This document shows positions 41,401 through 54,382 of a stretch of DNA of 64,000 nucleotides, in pieces. Each line of letters opens with the position of its first letter. Positions within the stretch are counted from its first letter, which is position 1. This stretch comes from Tubiluchus corallicola (lineage: Eukaryota > Animalia > Priapulida). Location of the stretch: positions 62,001 to 126,000 of the forward strand of contig JAQGDQ010000164.1 in NCBI GenBank assembly GCA_030141605.1. Direction: 5' to 3'. A model generated the notes under the pieces. It was given only the letters and a program-made list of their open reading frames with translations. It had not been told where the DNA came from and ran no database searches. The position numbers and the translations under genes are program-made.

Positions 41401-44400
41401 GAAATGCCAGCGGGAATGTTCCTTCAACCCTTTTACCTGTGTAGAGTTTCATGATAGATTTCTCAATAGTTAATTTGTGGTGACTGTTATGGTTCTTAAT
41501 TAACTCCTTTTATTTGTTTACTGAATCATTGTTGTTTTTTGATAAAGGTACGTAACATAAGAAATGTAATTATACAAGAGCTGGAACATGCTTTGGCACA
41601 GCAAACACCCACGCCTATACAGGATGATCCCACCCTGCATGAGTTACCACCTTTAGTGATTGATGGAATACCTACACCTGTTGACAAGATGACACAGGTA
41701 TTATATATATGTTGTAATTAAAAAATATAAATGCCTATTTTAATTTTTACAAATAAGTGATCATGTAATGATAATGATCATTTAACTATATCAAGAATCA
41801 TGTGTATGATGTATCAAGTATCATTTCTTGATAATAACAACAGTAGTAGCATTATTTATCCAAACTACATCATAGGCTTTATTTTAGTTTATGTTTGGTT
41901 ATTGTGTCACTCAATGCAATTTTTTGTCGTTAAGCTCAACAGTAAATAAGATATTATACATTAAATAAATCTGCAGTACATGCTGTTAAAATTATGAAAA
42001 ATGTGCTATTAACTTGGGATTTAAAAACTAAATGTTTCCATTCACTTAGGCACAGTTACGTGCATTCATACCCATGATGCTGAAGTACTCAACAGGGCGA
42101 GGTAAACCCGGCTGGGGGAGACCCAATACGAGACCCATCTGGTGGCCTGATGATCTGCCCTGGGCCAATGTACGTAGTGATGTTAGAACAGAAGAAGAAA
42201 AACAAAGGGTAATAATTATTTTTACATTGTGTGTATAGTGAGTAAAACTTAATTCAGAGTTAATTAATAATAATTTTATATCGACGATCCTTGAGGTTAG
42301 GTGACATTGCTTAAAGTGAAAAGTTTCCTTGTTCAGATTATCCATTTTAAAATGAACTTTAGACAAAAAGTCAGAATATGTGTAGATCAGATTATCCGCA
42401 GAATTTAGTTCACTTTTGATGTAAATTTTCACTGACACAACACATTAACTACCTAGTAGTGTGACAAAAGTATTTGCTGCCGCAGCTACTGCTCTTGGTT
42501 CATAGGCTAAATTTTTAATGTTTTGTTTTATATGCAGTGGTCATATTATCCTAAAAGTATCATTGTTTGTGAAATTAGCACTTTGTATTGCGATAGGTGC
42601 CATGGACGCAGGCATTGCGAACAATTGTGAAGAACTGTTATAAGCATCACGGCCGGGAAGATTTACTTGTGGAGTTCAAGGATGATTCCGAGAAGATGGT
42701 AGAGCAAGTTCAAAATGCTGTAGCAGCTCATCAAGTGGTAAGTGAATTACTTAAATGCAGATTAGCATTGATAGTTCAGCCCATCAAAATCATTTTTGAC
42801 AGTCAGAACTGTGCAGCTCGTATAATAACATAACAAATGCTAGTAAATACACCTGTTAGTGATTAATAATGTGTTAACAACCCGCGTAGTGTCTTGTTCC
42901 TATAGAAAATAATGTTACAACGACAATGGGCTACCCTAGACATGTTTTCCGTCATTCCTTAGGCGAAATTGATGGCCTTTTTATTTTTTCCGTTAATATA
43001 AACCCTAAATAAGATGGCAAGATACAACACAAGTTTTTTCTATGGCGAGCAAAGAAAACTGAAAACAGCAAAAAGCAGTCACAGGGGCCCTGCATTTTTC
43101 ACAAACTTTGAACAGAGGTTTTATTACCTCTAATCAGACCAATTATATAATGTAAAACCTTTACTGCTTTACGTTCTGCAGTGTATGCTTCTATTTTTTA
43201 TTTTTTAGTACATTTATACCTGGTAAAGATGGTGAATTTGTCAAAATACTATGAAGTGTGAATAAACAACATTCTGCCATCTCAACAAGTGATTTTTATG
43301 CTGCATTGCAAAATCATGACTTTTATAAAAAAACTAACCTATAACGTTGATAATTTGATAACAAAGACAGTTTTTGAGCCCTTTGATGGCAGGAACTCGT
43401 GATAAGTCATTTTATAAATTAAAGCTTTTGATTTTGCTCAGTGAGCCTAAGAAATTGGGTGTAGTTGTTAAAGCATAGCTGCCTGATGAGTTTGAGAAAT
43501 TGGGTGTAGTAGCTGCTCAAAATTCAGAAGCAAATGTAGGCAGTTATACATCTTTACTGAATTAACAATTAGCACAGACAAAGTACCTGTATTTATTTTA
43601 GACAGTGCATATATTTCTGTTTTTCCTCAATAGGTGGCACACTATGTCCAACCGACAATGGTACAAACTATCAATAATCCTGACGGCACAGTGTCCATCA
43701 TTCAGGTAAAGGTAATGGTAACAATTTCTGACGCTAGGTGTCAGTGCGTGACTGTTACACTCTTATTGTGGTGTTGCATGCCTTCTATGAAAATTTTAAC
43801 TCACAATGCACGGCCAAACATTGTTCTCTTGGTGGGATGTTTGGCAGTTTTGCTGTTACACTGTAGCAATATACTCGATTGTAAGCAGAAACACAAGCTT
43901 TAGTTAGAACTTGTTTCTAGTCAGCAGAATTTGTTTTTTTCTATATCAGCTGTAATGCGCTTGACCTGCAGGCTTTACATTTGTAGTATACTATATTGCA
44001 TTTCCTGGTTGTTGCAAAGCAATAACATTGCACAGCCAGGTAGTGCAATTAATTAGCCATTTATTATAGATGGGTTCACATTTAATTGATGCACCAGCTG
44101 TTTTATACAGTCAAAAGTGCTAGTGAACTTAGTAGTCTAGGCATGCTGACCACACATTTAAGTAATTTTGTTTGTTGCAGTTTTCTAGAAACATTTCATA
44201 AGTGCTACTCATTATTATACAGTAGGTGCCACGTAATAGACTCACTTTGGGTTGGAATTAACTGACTGAATCTATTAGGTGATTGGTGTAGTATTTTACT
44301 TGTGTAGAAGTACGATTCATCACTCTTCAGCTTAGTACACAATGACTATGAGAGCCATTTAATGCAAATAATTATGTTTGTGCTTTGCTTTTCAAATTTA

Positions 44401-47400
44401 ACTTTATGTTCTAAGTTGCTGTATTAACTTTGATGCTCGTAAACTCATAAAGAATGCTGGCTGATTACTGTTGATGAATCAGTGACATAACAGCAACTGC
44501 TAACTGATTAAACATTTTGTGAAAAGCACCAAGCATTTCAAAAGAAAACCGCTAGGCACGTGATTAAAAGTTTAGCTTTTGTAAATTCTTGGGCAACAAG
44601 GTTAGTCACAACAGACGAGGCGGTGACAGATTGAAACAAAAACTCTATGCAGGCTTATTAGCAGGTGATTAACAATCATGCTTAAAAGCCGGACATGATT
44701 AGACATGACTCCTACCTATATTATAGCGCACAGAAGGGAAGTAAAGAGGACATAAAAGTAACAAAAGCTCTCTTATCACACCCAAATGTGTTGTTTTAAG
44801 TACACCAGGTAAAAAATATTGTGTCACTTATGTGGAATTATTTGAATCAATTGCTGACATTTTTTTGCACAGTAGTGACCCATAACATATGCTTTTGAGT
44901 CTAATAAACGGCACCAACTGTATAATATTAGCATGATTTTTAATGGTTATATTTTTTTATTGTTGAGTAAAAATAGTTTTTCTTTAAGACTAGGCACTAC
45001 TGACACTGATTACCTGCTTGTGTTTTTTTTATTTACTGTATCGACTTTTCATTTATTTACAGTGCTGTTGTCATAATAGTTCATCTGTGTTCTGAATTAT
45101 AAGCTGTCTTATTTTCTTTATTCTATTTCATTGTATATGTTGGGACATGCAAGTAACGATGATAATGTTTTTAGATTGAGTTCATTAAGTCCGTGAATAT
45201 CACCTTAGTTCTAGCTGTGAAGATTCTTTTAATTGTTAAATATATGTATTTAAACCCACATGCTTGGTTGAAACATTAGCAGCACACATCCGACATTGTC
45301 AGTCATTTGGTGTCGACCACTAAGATACAAAGCAAACACCATTGCATAAAGTTCCTTGTTATTCTTTGCCATCAACACAATTTAAACCCGATAGGTGTAA
45401 CTTTATATAACAAACTTAAATTTCTTGCCCTATAACTAAACAAGTACTGGTGACTGTTTTACAGCATAAAATTATGAAGCATGAATATCATTTATGGAAG
45501 TTTTTATGCGATAAATTCTTCAATATACGATCAATGTATTTTCATTGTTTTACATGCTTTTCATAGTTAATTTCGTTTCAAACAACATAAGCAGTGTAAG
45601 TGTTGTAATTACATTTACATGCATCAGTTGGAAGCTTTTTCACATTAACAGCATGTTTAATAAATCACTGCTTCTCTAGTGTTGTCCATAGCAGCACTTC
45701 TAACTTGCGACTAAAGCTTTTTTAGTTTGCCCTGTGTGGCATTTAAACCATTTATTTGCTTGTTTAGGTTGATCCTGGTAGTACTGTAGTTACGCTTCCC
45801 GATGGAACACAAGCGCAAGTACAAGCTGTAAGTTTTAACTTTTTTCATTTGCTAACTAGGCAACAGTTTACAATCAAAAACTACATTGTTAGTGGAATCT
45901 TACGGTTATTTTTTTATAAATTGCAGTTGTTTACCTTTGTTTTTACATATCTTTTAGTTCCATTTTATGATAAAAGCATGAGATTTGGTCATGTGAAAAC
46001 TTAATCAGTTTCTCAATGGATTTTGTTTTTCAATGTGATAATTAGATAAAAAAATTTAGTACCCTATAGTACAACTGAAAATCTGAAATGACTGCCGAAT
46101 AACTTGGTTAATATACTATGGAGAAAAATAGCAGTATCTGCTTTGATATTGAGAAAAACTGCAGCTGACCTGTAAACCAGACTTAAAGATCGAAGGTACT
46201 GCCATTAGTCACTGCTTTTGGTGTTTACAATTTCACCACGTTGTGACCCACTATTTACAACTTGAGCAAGAGCACTTGTTGCATATTGTGAAAAACTGAC
46301 TCTGAACTTCTCTACCAATATAATCATGTTATCAGAAAATGTTTTTTCTGGAAAAAGAAATGTATTGAAATAATAATATGTTTCTGGTTGTGTAACCTTT
46401 GCCTTAACACAGCCAAAATTTGCCAATTCTTACTATGACAACATATGTTGTCAAAATGTAGGCAAGTATATTAAGTGAGTTTGCTAAATCGTAGAGTGCT
46501 GTAATCAAGCCAGCAATCAACATGTAGTTTTAGTAATTCATAAACATAATAAAACCTATGCTTTATTAATATATCTTCGTTGCTTTAGAAATTAGAATAT
46601 TCCTTACTTAAAAAGTAGTCATGATCATTGCTGCTGAATTTTTTTATTTTGCAATAGGAATTGGTAGTTATGTTTTTTCCAATTAGTTACAATGACGTGA
46701 ATTAGGAAGTTAAATGTTTCAGAATCTTGGTCAGTATGTTATTTACCATAATAAGATTTATTTAAATTGCACAAATCAGCACATAACATAGGCTGAAAAT
46801 GTTGAAATAACAAACTAAATTAACACGATAAGAATTACTACTGACAGGATGCTCCTCAGATAAACCCATGCGGTTTGTTGAAGAACCAGCCTGTTTAGAT
46901 ATTGATGTGATTTGCTCGGGACTTATCTGTGAAAAGTGTTCATTTTATGTTTGGAATAATATTTATTTAGATCCAGGGAACACATTCTGAAGCCACTCAT
47001 GCTGTACAGACGCTGGCTGATGTTGCCGCGGCAACGCAGCAAGACACTGCCATGGGGGTGGCCGTCGACTTGAGTGGAGAGCATGGTGTTACTATAAACG
47101 AAAGTGGCCAATTGATTCTGTCGGGAGAACATTTGCACCATGATGCTCAGACAGGTAGTTTAACATTTGCACCATGATGCTCAGACAGGTAGTTTAACAT
47201 TTGCACCATGATGCTCAGACAGGTAGTTTAACATTTGCACCATGGTGCTCAGACAGGTAGTTTAACATTTGCACCATGATGCTCAGACAGGCAGTTTAAC
47301 ATTTGCACCATGATGCTCAGACAGGTAGTTTAACATTTGCACCATGATGCTCAGACAGGTAGTTTAACATTTGCACCATGATGCTCAGACAGGTAGTTTA

Positions 47401-50400
47401 ACATTTGCACCACGATGCTCAGACAGGTAGTTTAACATTTGCACCATCATGCTCAGACAGGTAGTTTAACATTTGCACCATGATGCTCAGACAGGTAGTT
47501 TAAAATTTGCACCATGATGCTGAGACAGGTAGTTTAACATTTTCACCACGATGCTCAGACAGGTAGTTTAACATTTGCACCACGATGCTCAGACAGGTAG
47601 TTTACCATTTGCACCACGATGCTCAGACAGGTAGTTTACCATTTGTCAACGAAATAACTCTCTTCATAAGAAAAATAAGTTCGTCAGTTATACGCTGAAT
47701 CATTTGACACCTTTTTTCACCTAACAACGTACATTTCACTTTAACGATGATTTTTTTTTCACTTTCAAGGCAATTTTTTATTTTATCAACAACTTTTTTA
47801 CCTAATTTGATACATTACATATTGCATTATTCTGTTCTAAAAATGCACTAGTAAATAGTGAACAGTGCAATTGTTATTTACGTTTTACTTCCCGACAAAA
47901 TACTAAGTACTAGCCATTTATATCAAGTGAAAACTTTTGCCAGCAACCTGTTGCTGCAGCCACGAGACTAAGAATACAGATAAAATTCCTAAGGTTGCCC
48001 ACTGCTTGTTCTTGACCCTGCAGTGTTTATTGTTTAACTGCTGCCTAGGCTTAAGTATTAGCGAAAGAGAAACCGCTATAGCTAGGTAATGGTAAGTAAG
48101 ATATATAGTTGAGATATATATATATGAAATTAGTCAGTAGAAATATGCATAAACTGTTTAAATTATATGATTTAACCAGTACTGCTTTCTATGGAAGTCT
48201 TGGCTTCATTTGACTACATTTCGCTTAATGTCGTGTTTTGCTGGAATGCAGTGGCATTGTCATTCGAAGACTTGCTGTATATAAAATTCACATTAATCTT
48301 TAGCAGGATCATATTCTTTTATTAACAGTAAATTAATGACAATTCTAAGCGTAAAATGGCTAAAAGCAGATTTTCTACAATATTTTCTACAATTTTTCTA
48401 CTCTTTTATTCATTTCTTTTTTATTCATTTATTATTCATTTTCTTCTTTTTCTTGCTCGGACATTTCTACTTAAAAGATTGTAATGGTTTAATTATTTAA
48501 TTGTGTTAGTTTTCCTATTAGTGTTATATTTTGGTTATCACATTACAGGTAGTCGTTGACTTACGACCTCGAACGGTTCTGACTGACTGGCTGTAAGACG
48601 AACTAGACGTAAGTCAGACAGACGAACTGGACATAAGTCAGGCAGACAAACTGGACAAACGTCAGACAGACAAACTGGGCATAAGTCAGACAGACGAACT
48701 GGACAAACGTCAGACAGACAAACTGGGCATAAGTCAGGCAGACAAACTGGACAAACGTCAGACAGACAAACTGGGCATAAGTCAGACAGACGAACTGGAC
48801 AAAAGTCAGACAGACGAACTGGGCATAAGTCAGACAGATGAACTGGACATAAGTCGGACAGATGAACTGGACAAACGTCAGACAGACAAACTGGACATAA
48901 GTCAGACAGACAAACTGGGCATAAGTCAGACAGACAAACTGGACATAAGTCAGACAGACGAACTGGACAAAAGTCAGACAGACGAACTGGACATAAGTCA
49001 GACAGACAAACTGGACAAAAGTCAGACAGACGAACTGGGCATAAGTCAGACAGACGAACTGGACAAAAGTCAGACAGACGAACTGGACAAACGTCAGACA
49101 GACAAACTGGACAAAAGTCAGACAGACGAACTGGGCATAAGTCAGGCAGACAAACTGGACATAAGTCAGACAGACAAACTGGACAAAAGTCAGACAGACG
49201 AACTGGGCATAAGTCAGACAGACGAACTGGACATAAGTCAGACAGACGAACTGGACAAAAGTCAGACAGACGAACTGGGCAAAAGTCAGACAGACGAACT
49301 GGGCATAAGTCAGACAGACGAACTGGACATAAGTCAGACAGACGAACTGGACATAAGTCGGACAGATGAACTGGACATAAGTCAGACAGACAAACTGGAC
49401 AAAAGTCAGACAGACGAACTGGGCATAAGTCAGACAGACGAACTGGACATAAGTCAGACAGACGAACTGGACAAAAGTCAGACAGACGAACTGGGCAAAA
49501 GTCAGACACACGAACTGGACATAAGTCAGACACACGAAATGGACATAAGTCAGACAGACGAACTGGACATAAGTCAGACAGACGAACTGGGCATAAGTCA
49601 GACAGACGAACTGGACATAAGTCAGACAGACGAACTGGACATAAGTCAGACAGACGAACTGGACAAAAGTCAGACAGACGAACTGGACAAAAGTCAGACA
49701 GACGAACTGGGCATAAGTCAGGCAGACGAACTGGACATAAGTCAGACAGACGAACTGGGCATAAGTCAGACAGACGAACTGGACATAAGTCAGACAGACG
49801 AACTGGACATAAGTCAGACAGACAAACTGGACAAAAGTCAGACACACGAACTGGACAAAAGTCAGACAGACGAACTGGGCATAAGTCAGGCAGACGAACT
49901 GGACAAAAGTCAGACAGACGAACTGGGCATAAGTCAGGCAGACGAACTGGACATAAGTCAGACAGACGAACTGGACATAAGTCAGACAGACGAACTGGAC
50001 ATAAGTCAGACAGACGAACTGGACATAAGTCAGACAGCCGAACTGGACATAAGTCAGACAGACGAACTGGACAAAAGTCAGACAGACGAACTGGACAAAA
50101 GTCAGACAGACGAACTGGGCATAAGTCAGGCAGACGAACTGGACAAAAGTCAGACAGATGAACTGGGCATAAGTCAGACCCATATATGCAAGTAGGTGCT
50201 CCCTATCTGTAAGACACGCACTAAATTTGGCGGCACCTACATATGATTTAATGAAACAGATAGAGATTTAAAGTTATTTGTATGAGTAATAGTAGGAAAT
50301 ATGAGTTTTGGTTACTTTTACATAATTAATTAGGTATATTAATGATTATATAATAATAAATAATATATTTATAATAAATTATATGTAAGTTATGCTTGGG

Positions 50401-51073
50401 TCGTAAAGTCAAACATTTGTAATTTGCGTAGGCCGTAAGACGACGACTACGTATATATTCAAAAGTTTCGTTGATTTTTTAATTTATTTTGTTATTTTGC
50501 ATTGTAATTTAATTACTTCATTAAGAAATTAACCCTGAAGTTTTTATTTACAGGTGTGGTAACAATACCTGTCTCTATGTACCAAACCGTCGTCACTAGT
50601 CTGAATCAGCTGGGTAGTGAACAAATGCAGGGTGTACAGGTGGTGACATCTGGGGCACAGATGGTGGGTATTTCTTTTAGAGTGGAACATTAACAAACCT
50701 AGATGTTTTGGCATTGGCATCATCCATTTTCATCATTATCTTCATCGTCTGAGCAAAATAACACATAGATGTCTAATTCACTATAAAAACTGATTGAATT
50801 CAGCTTAATAGTTTTAATATTTATATCACATATTATGCTAATTTGATAAAGTACTATATGATAAAAAAAGTCAATGATTTGCATTGTGTTTTTCAGATGA
50901 TGCCGTCAGCCGTAACCACGGCAGCCGTAACAGAGAGTGGTCAAGGTGACAGCACCATCACCAGCAATACTGTGGAAGTTATCGCCCAATCAACACCAGA
51001 ACAAGGGTCCATCGGTCCCACGTACAAGACGGAGACAAGTTCATACAAGGCAGAGAATTTCAAATCAGAATAA
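38434..51073 (+). CDS. NRF1: Nuclear respiratory factor 1 / erect wing / P3A2 transcription factor, complete. Exons 38434-38578, 39547-39661, 40300-40426, 41548-41697, 42050-42208, 42597-42737, 43634-43705, 45768-45827, 46971-47154, 50554-50663, 50897-51073
   Basis: DEVTAQLAAAGPVGVAAAAAIAGAKKRKRPHSFETNPSIRKRHQTRLIRKL; ELPPLVIDGIPTPVDKMTQAQLRAFIPMMLKYSTGRGKPGWG; WWPDDLPWANVRSDVRTEEEKQRVPWTQALRTIVKNCYKHHGREDLL; IPVSMYQTVVTSL. Phases are consistent and there is an in-frame stop upstream of ATG 38434. Confidence 0.97.
38945..39220 (-). mobile_element. tRNA-related interspersed repeat (SINE-like), copy 2
   Basis: Homologous to 12310-12575. Confidence 0.6.
47128..47645 (+). repeat. 34-bp minisatellite, about 15 copies, overlapping NRF1 exon 9 end and donor
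   Basis: Unit AACATTTGCACCATGATGCTCAGACAG|GTAGTTT; the first copy is the coding exon end (HLHHDAQT) plus the donor at 47155. Confidence 0.98.
48546..50451. mobile_element. Tc1/mariner (pogo/Tigger-like) MITE containing an expanded satellite
   Basis: Left end TA-CAGGTAGTCGTTGACTTACGACC; right end GGCCGTAAGACGACGACTACG-TA is an imperfect inverted copy; TA flanks. Confidence 0.7.
48597..50179. repeat. 24-bp minisatellite, about 66 copies, NRF1 intron 9
   Basis: Unit AAGTCAGACAGACGAACTGGACAT with recurring variants. Confidence 0.98.
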
Positions 51074-54000
51074 TGAGTGAAATACAGATTGTTTATTTAT
51101 TGTTTGCATCATGTTTACAATTTAGTGTCTTAGTTTTAGTCAAGATGTCATTCACCGATGCAGTCTAGTCGTCATTTTTGCTTTTATTATAACTTTGTAG
51201 TTGTCTTAAATTTACATTGAATTTATAAATTCTGATTACACCTTTCTGTGGACAATTTGAAGTAGGAGGCAGCATGTTGCTGTTTTGGCCCTGTTATGAC
51301 TTCTGTCAGTCATGCCAAACTGCGGCATTTTTCGACTATTCCTTACTGTGTGTTTAAAAAAACCTGCATTTTATATTAGGGATGTCAGAACCGGAGCTTT
51401 CTCAGCTTCAATTCGATTTGTTCTGCTGAGCTACTGTGTTACCTTAGATCTGATCCGATTCCATAGTGTAGTCTTTATTATTGCCGAATTACTGTCAAAC
51501 GCTCTGCTCGGGTTTTCTGTAATCTTCGTTAAATCACCGCTGTGTCTGACCAATCTGCCTTTATTTCGCTGAAAACTGCTTAGGTTCAAATAAGATTCGG
51601 TTGAAACAAGCATCTGAAAAATTGAGATTCGGATTCAAAAAATATTATAAAATGAAATTCGGTGTAGATTTGGATCTGGTAATTTCAGATTCGTAATTCC
51701 CCAACTTTACACTTAAATGTACCTTGTGAAAAGGCATGAAGTTTTTTTCGAATTTTACTTTAACATAATCAATATTATCATCAATTAGGTAAGAATATGC
51801 CAGTCCTCGGTTCAAGTCCCAGCTACAGCTGTTTAATATGAGCATAATATAATAATAAAATACTTTCAGTCTCAAGTTATTTTTACATCTTCAATGAGTA
51901 GATTTAGTAAACATCGTAAACAAACATGTTGCTAATGTTAACGATTCTATGACCGTAGCTTAGAGTTTGTCATTAGATTTAATGAACTTATTTCATATTT
52001 CATTACTTTTAAAAGTTGGTTATAAATGTAGTAGTGGCTATTTCAGCACTTTTACACAGTCACTTTCAGGCAAAGCAATATTGATAAAACTTAGTTGTAT
52101 TTTTTTAAAAAATAATATCCATTGTTCGAACAGGTTTATTTTAGGTTTAGCTGACTCATTATTACATGTATTAATCAAGCAACAGATTCTACTTGAGTCA
52201 TACTTTTTTACAAGTAGAGTTAAATTTTTTAAGTATTACTGATGAAAATGTGTACAGAAAGGAAAAGAAATGCTACTGATGTAATCACTATCGTGTTTTA
52301 TAATTTTGTGCGCGTAAACTATCATTGAGTTTAATACTTGTCTTTAGGTATGTGTGGTAGCAAAAACTTGCTACACATGATCTACTTACCTAGATGTTTT
52401 TATGTGTTGTGAGTGACGTAGTAATTACTGATTTATTGTAGTTTTCTTCTGGATTTAGTCCTTAATAAAAATACTTTTTTTCTTCTCCTATTTCTCTGCT
52501 AAATTAGCTCCTTGAATAAGTTGATTGCTACAATTTAAATTCATTTTTGAACTTTCAATTTATTCAGTTTATATTCTTGCCAAAATTTTAAATGTAAAGT
52601 GGAATTTAAGTAATAAAATGGGCAAACTTGAAAGCTTACCATGACTTATAAAAAGTTTAGTGTGATCAAAACTGAACAATTTGTCCTTGATACTGACTAG
52701 ATCATAGAATATTACATATGTTTAAAATGTTATGTAATGTAATTTTATTGTAATTATCATTCTTTTAATAAAGGAAACTTGAAAGTCTAAAGTAATTTTG
52801 TTGAAAAGAAATACTTAAATAAAGTGTGATAATATACAGTTTAATCTTGCATGTGTTCTCTAGTTGACTGTTTTTCACGTTTCCTCCCATCAACATACTG
52901 GTTTTTAACATAAAATCCTCTGCCTGCTTTGTTCTGTGCATTAAAATTCATGTAAGTACGTCTAAAACTATTGAATATAACGATTATATTGTACATAGTA
53001 ATAGAAATTTTATTGAAATATATACAAGGAGTGAAATATGAGTTTGGCATTTGACATTTTCTTTTACAAACATTCATATCTTCTTATATACAGACAAACA
53101 ATAGTATTTTCCGAAGACAACCTCTCAATAAACTTAGCATGCTATGAATAATTAAATGTACAAAATGATAAAATGCGACAGAGAAAGATTTTCTCTTCCA
53201 GTTTTGATGGATATAGTGAATGAGGGAGTAAGACTATGTTAAATGAAAAATTAAATTATTCTAAGTACAGTTTTGATTTATCACAAGAGTCTGAGAACAC
53301 TAACACAAATGTAAGTAATTCACTGCTGGCATCAACTGAATCAAAACTTCCCACAAAATGTTTTCTGTGAAATTAAGTACAAATGTCAACTATGTTTTGT
53401 AAGGTTCAGTCTGCATTTAATCATTATGACTATTTGAGCAAGACACTGCTTAGTGATGCAGAAAGTTTTTGTCCTTTGATTAAGAGCATTATGATCCAAA
53501 AATGTAACATAATTATAAAGCATTATGATCCAAAAATGTAACATAATTATAATGCATTTTGTTAGGAACATTACAATCTGCTACCTGTTCCCCTCTCAGA
53601 TTTTTCTAGTGTTCAGTGGCAAGCATGCATGTAAAATATCAGCACACATTATAAGCTACTGACTGGCATACCTGCAAATTGTCACCTTATCATTTTTTGA
53701 AAGCAGAGAGCTCTTATTGTTGACATAGACTTGTATCTATCATCAGTATAAAGGTACTATATCAATACACCCGTAATTAATTTACAATGAGTGTATAGAC
53801 TCATTACAGAATTGGCCAAAAATTGATTTATTGTCACTTTTGTTACCACGATTTTTTCTAATCTAAACAGAAAACTTTGTTTTAGACCACAAATTTCTCG
53901 CTGTATTATATACAACACATGTTATTACCAGCACTGTGATGTGGCCAGTTAACTTATTAGTAAACTAATGAAAACTACTGTACCTTTAACACAAATGAGT

Positions 54001-54382
54001 CACAGTAACGAGACATTTCACTGGTCATTGCATAGTGGTGAAAAAATAAAAATTAAAAGGCACTTATTTTATGGTTGTTCATCTCAGACCAAAAATTCTG
54101 ACAAAATCTGTTTAATACGTATTTACCTATCACTGCTACCAGCCTATGGTCAATTACTATCAACAATTATTTTATCATTAATTAATAATCGATTAAATGT
54201 CACTCATGCAAGAGTAGTCGAAATTTGTAGACTTGCTGAACACATTGTGATCACCATCACTGTTATATGGCTGCTAACACTGGCTTAGGTTCTTGCAAAA
54301 TGCTCATTAAATTTTAATTATTATAACAGTTTATAACAATATTGCCACATAACTTTATGCACCAGTTTTGAAAAGAGAGAAA

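Noticed and set aside
48538-50195. Long ORFs (435, 526 and 218 aa) of repeated octapeptides
   Set aside because: Translation of a 24-bp intronic satellite that is stop-free in several frames; no unique coding context.
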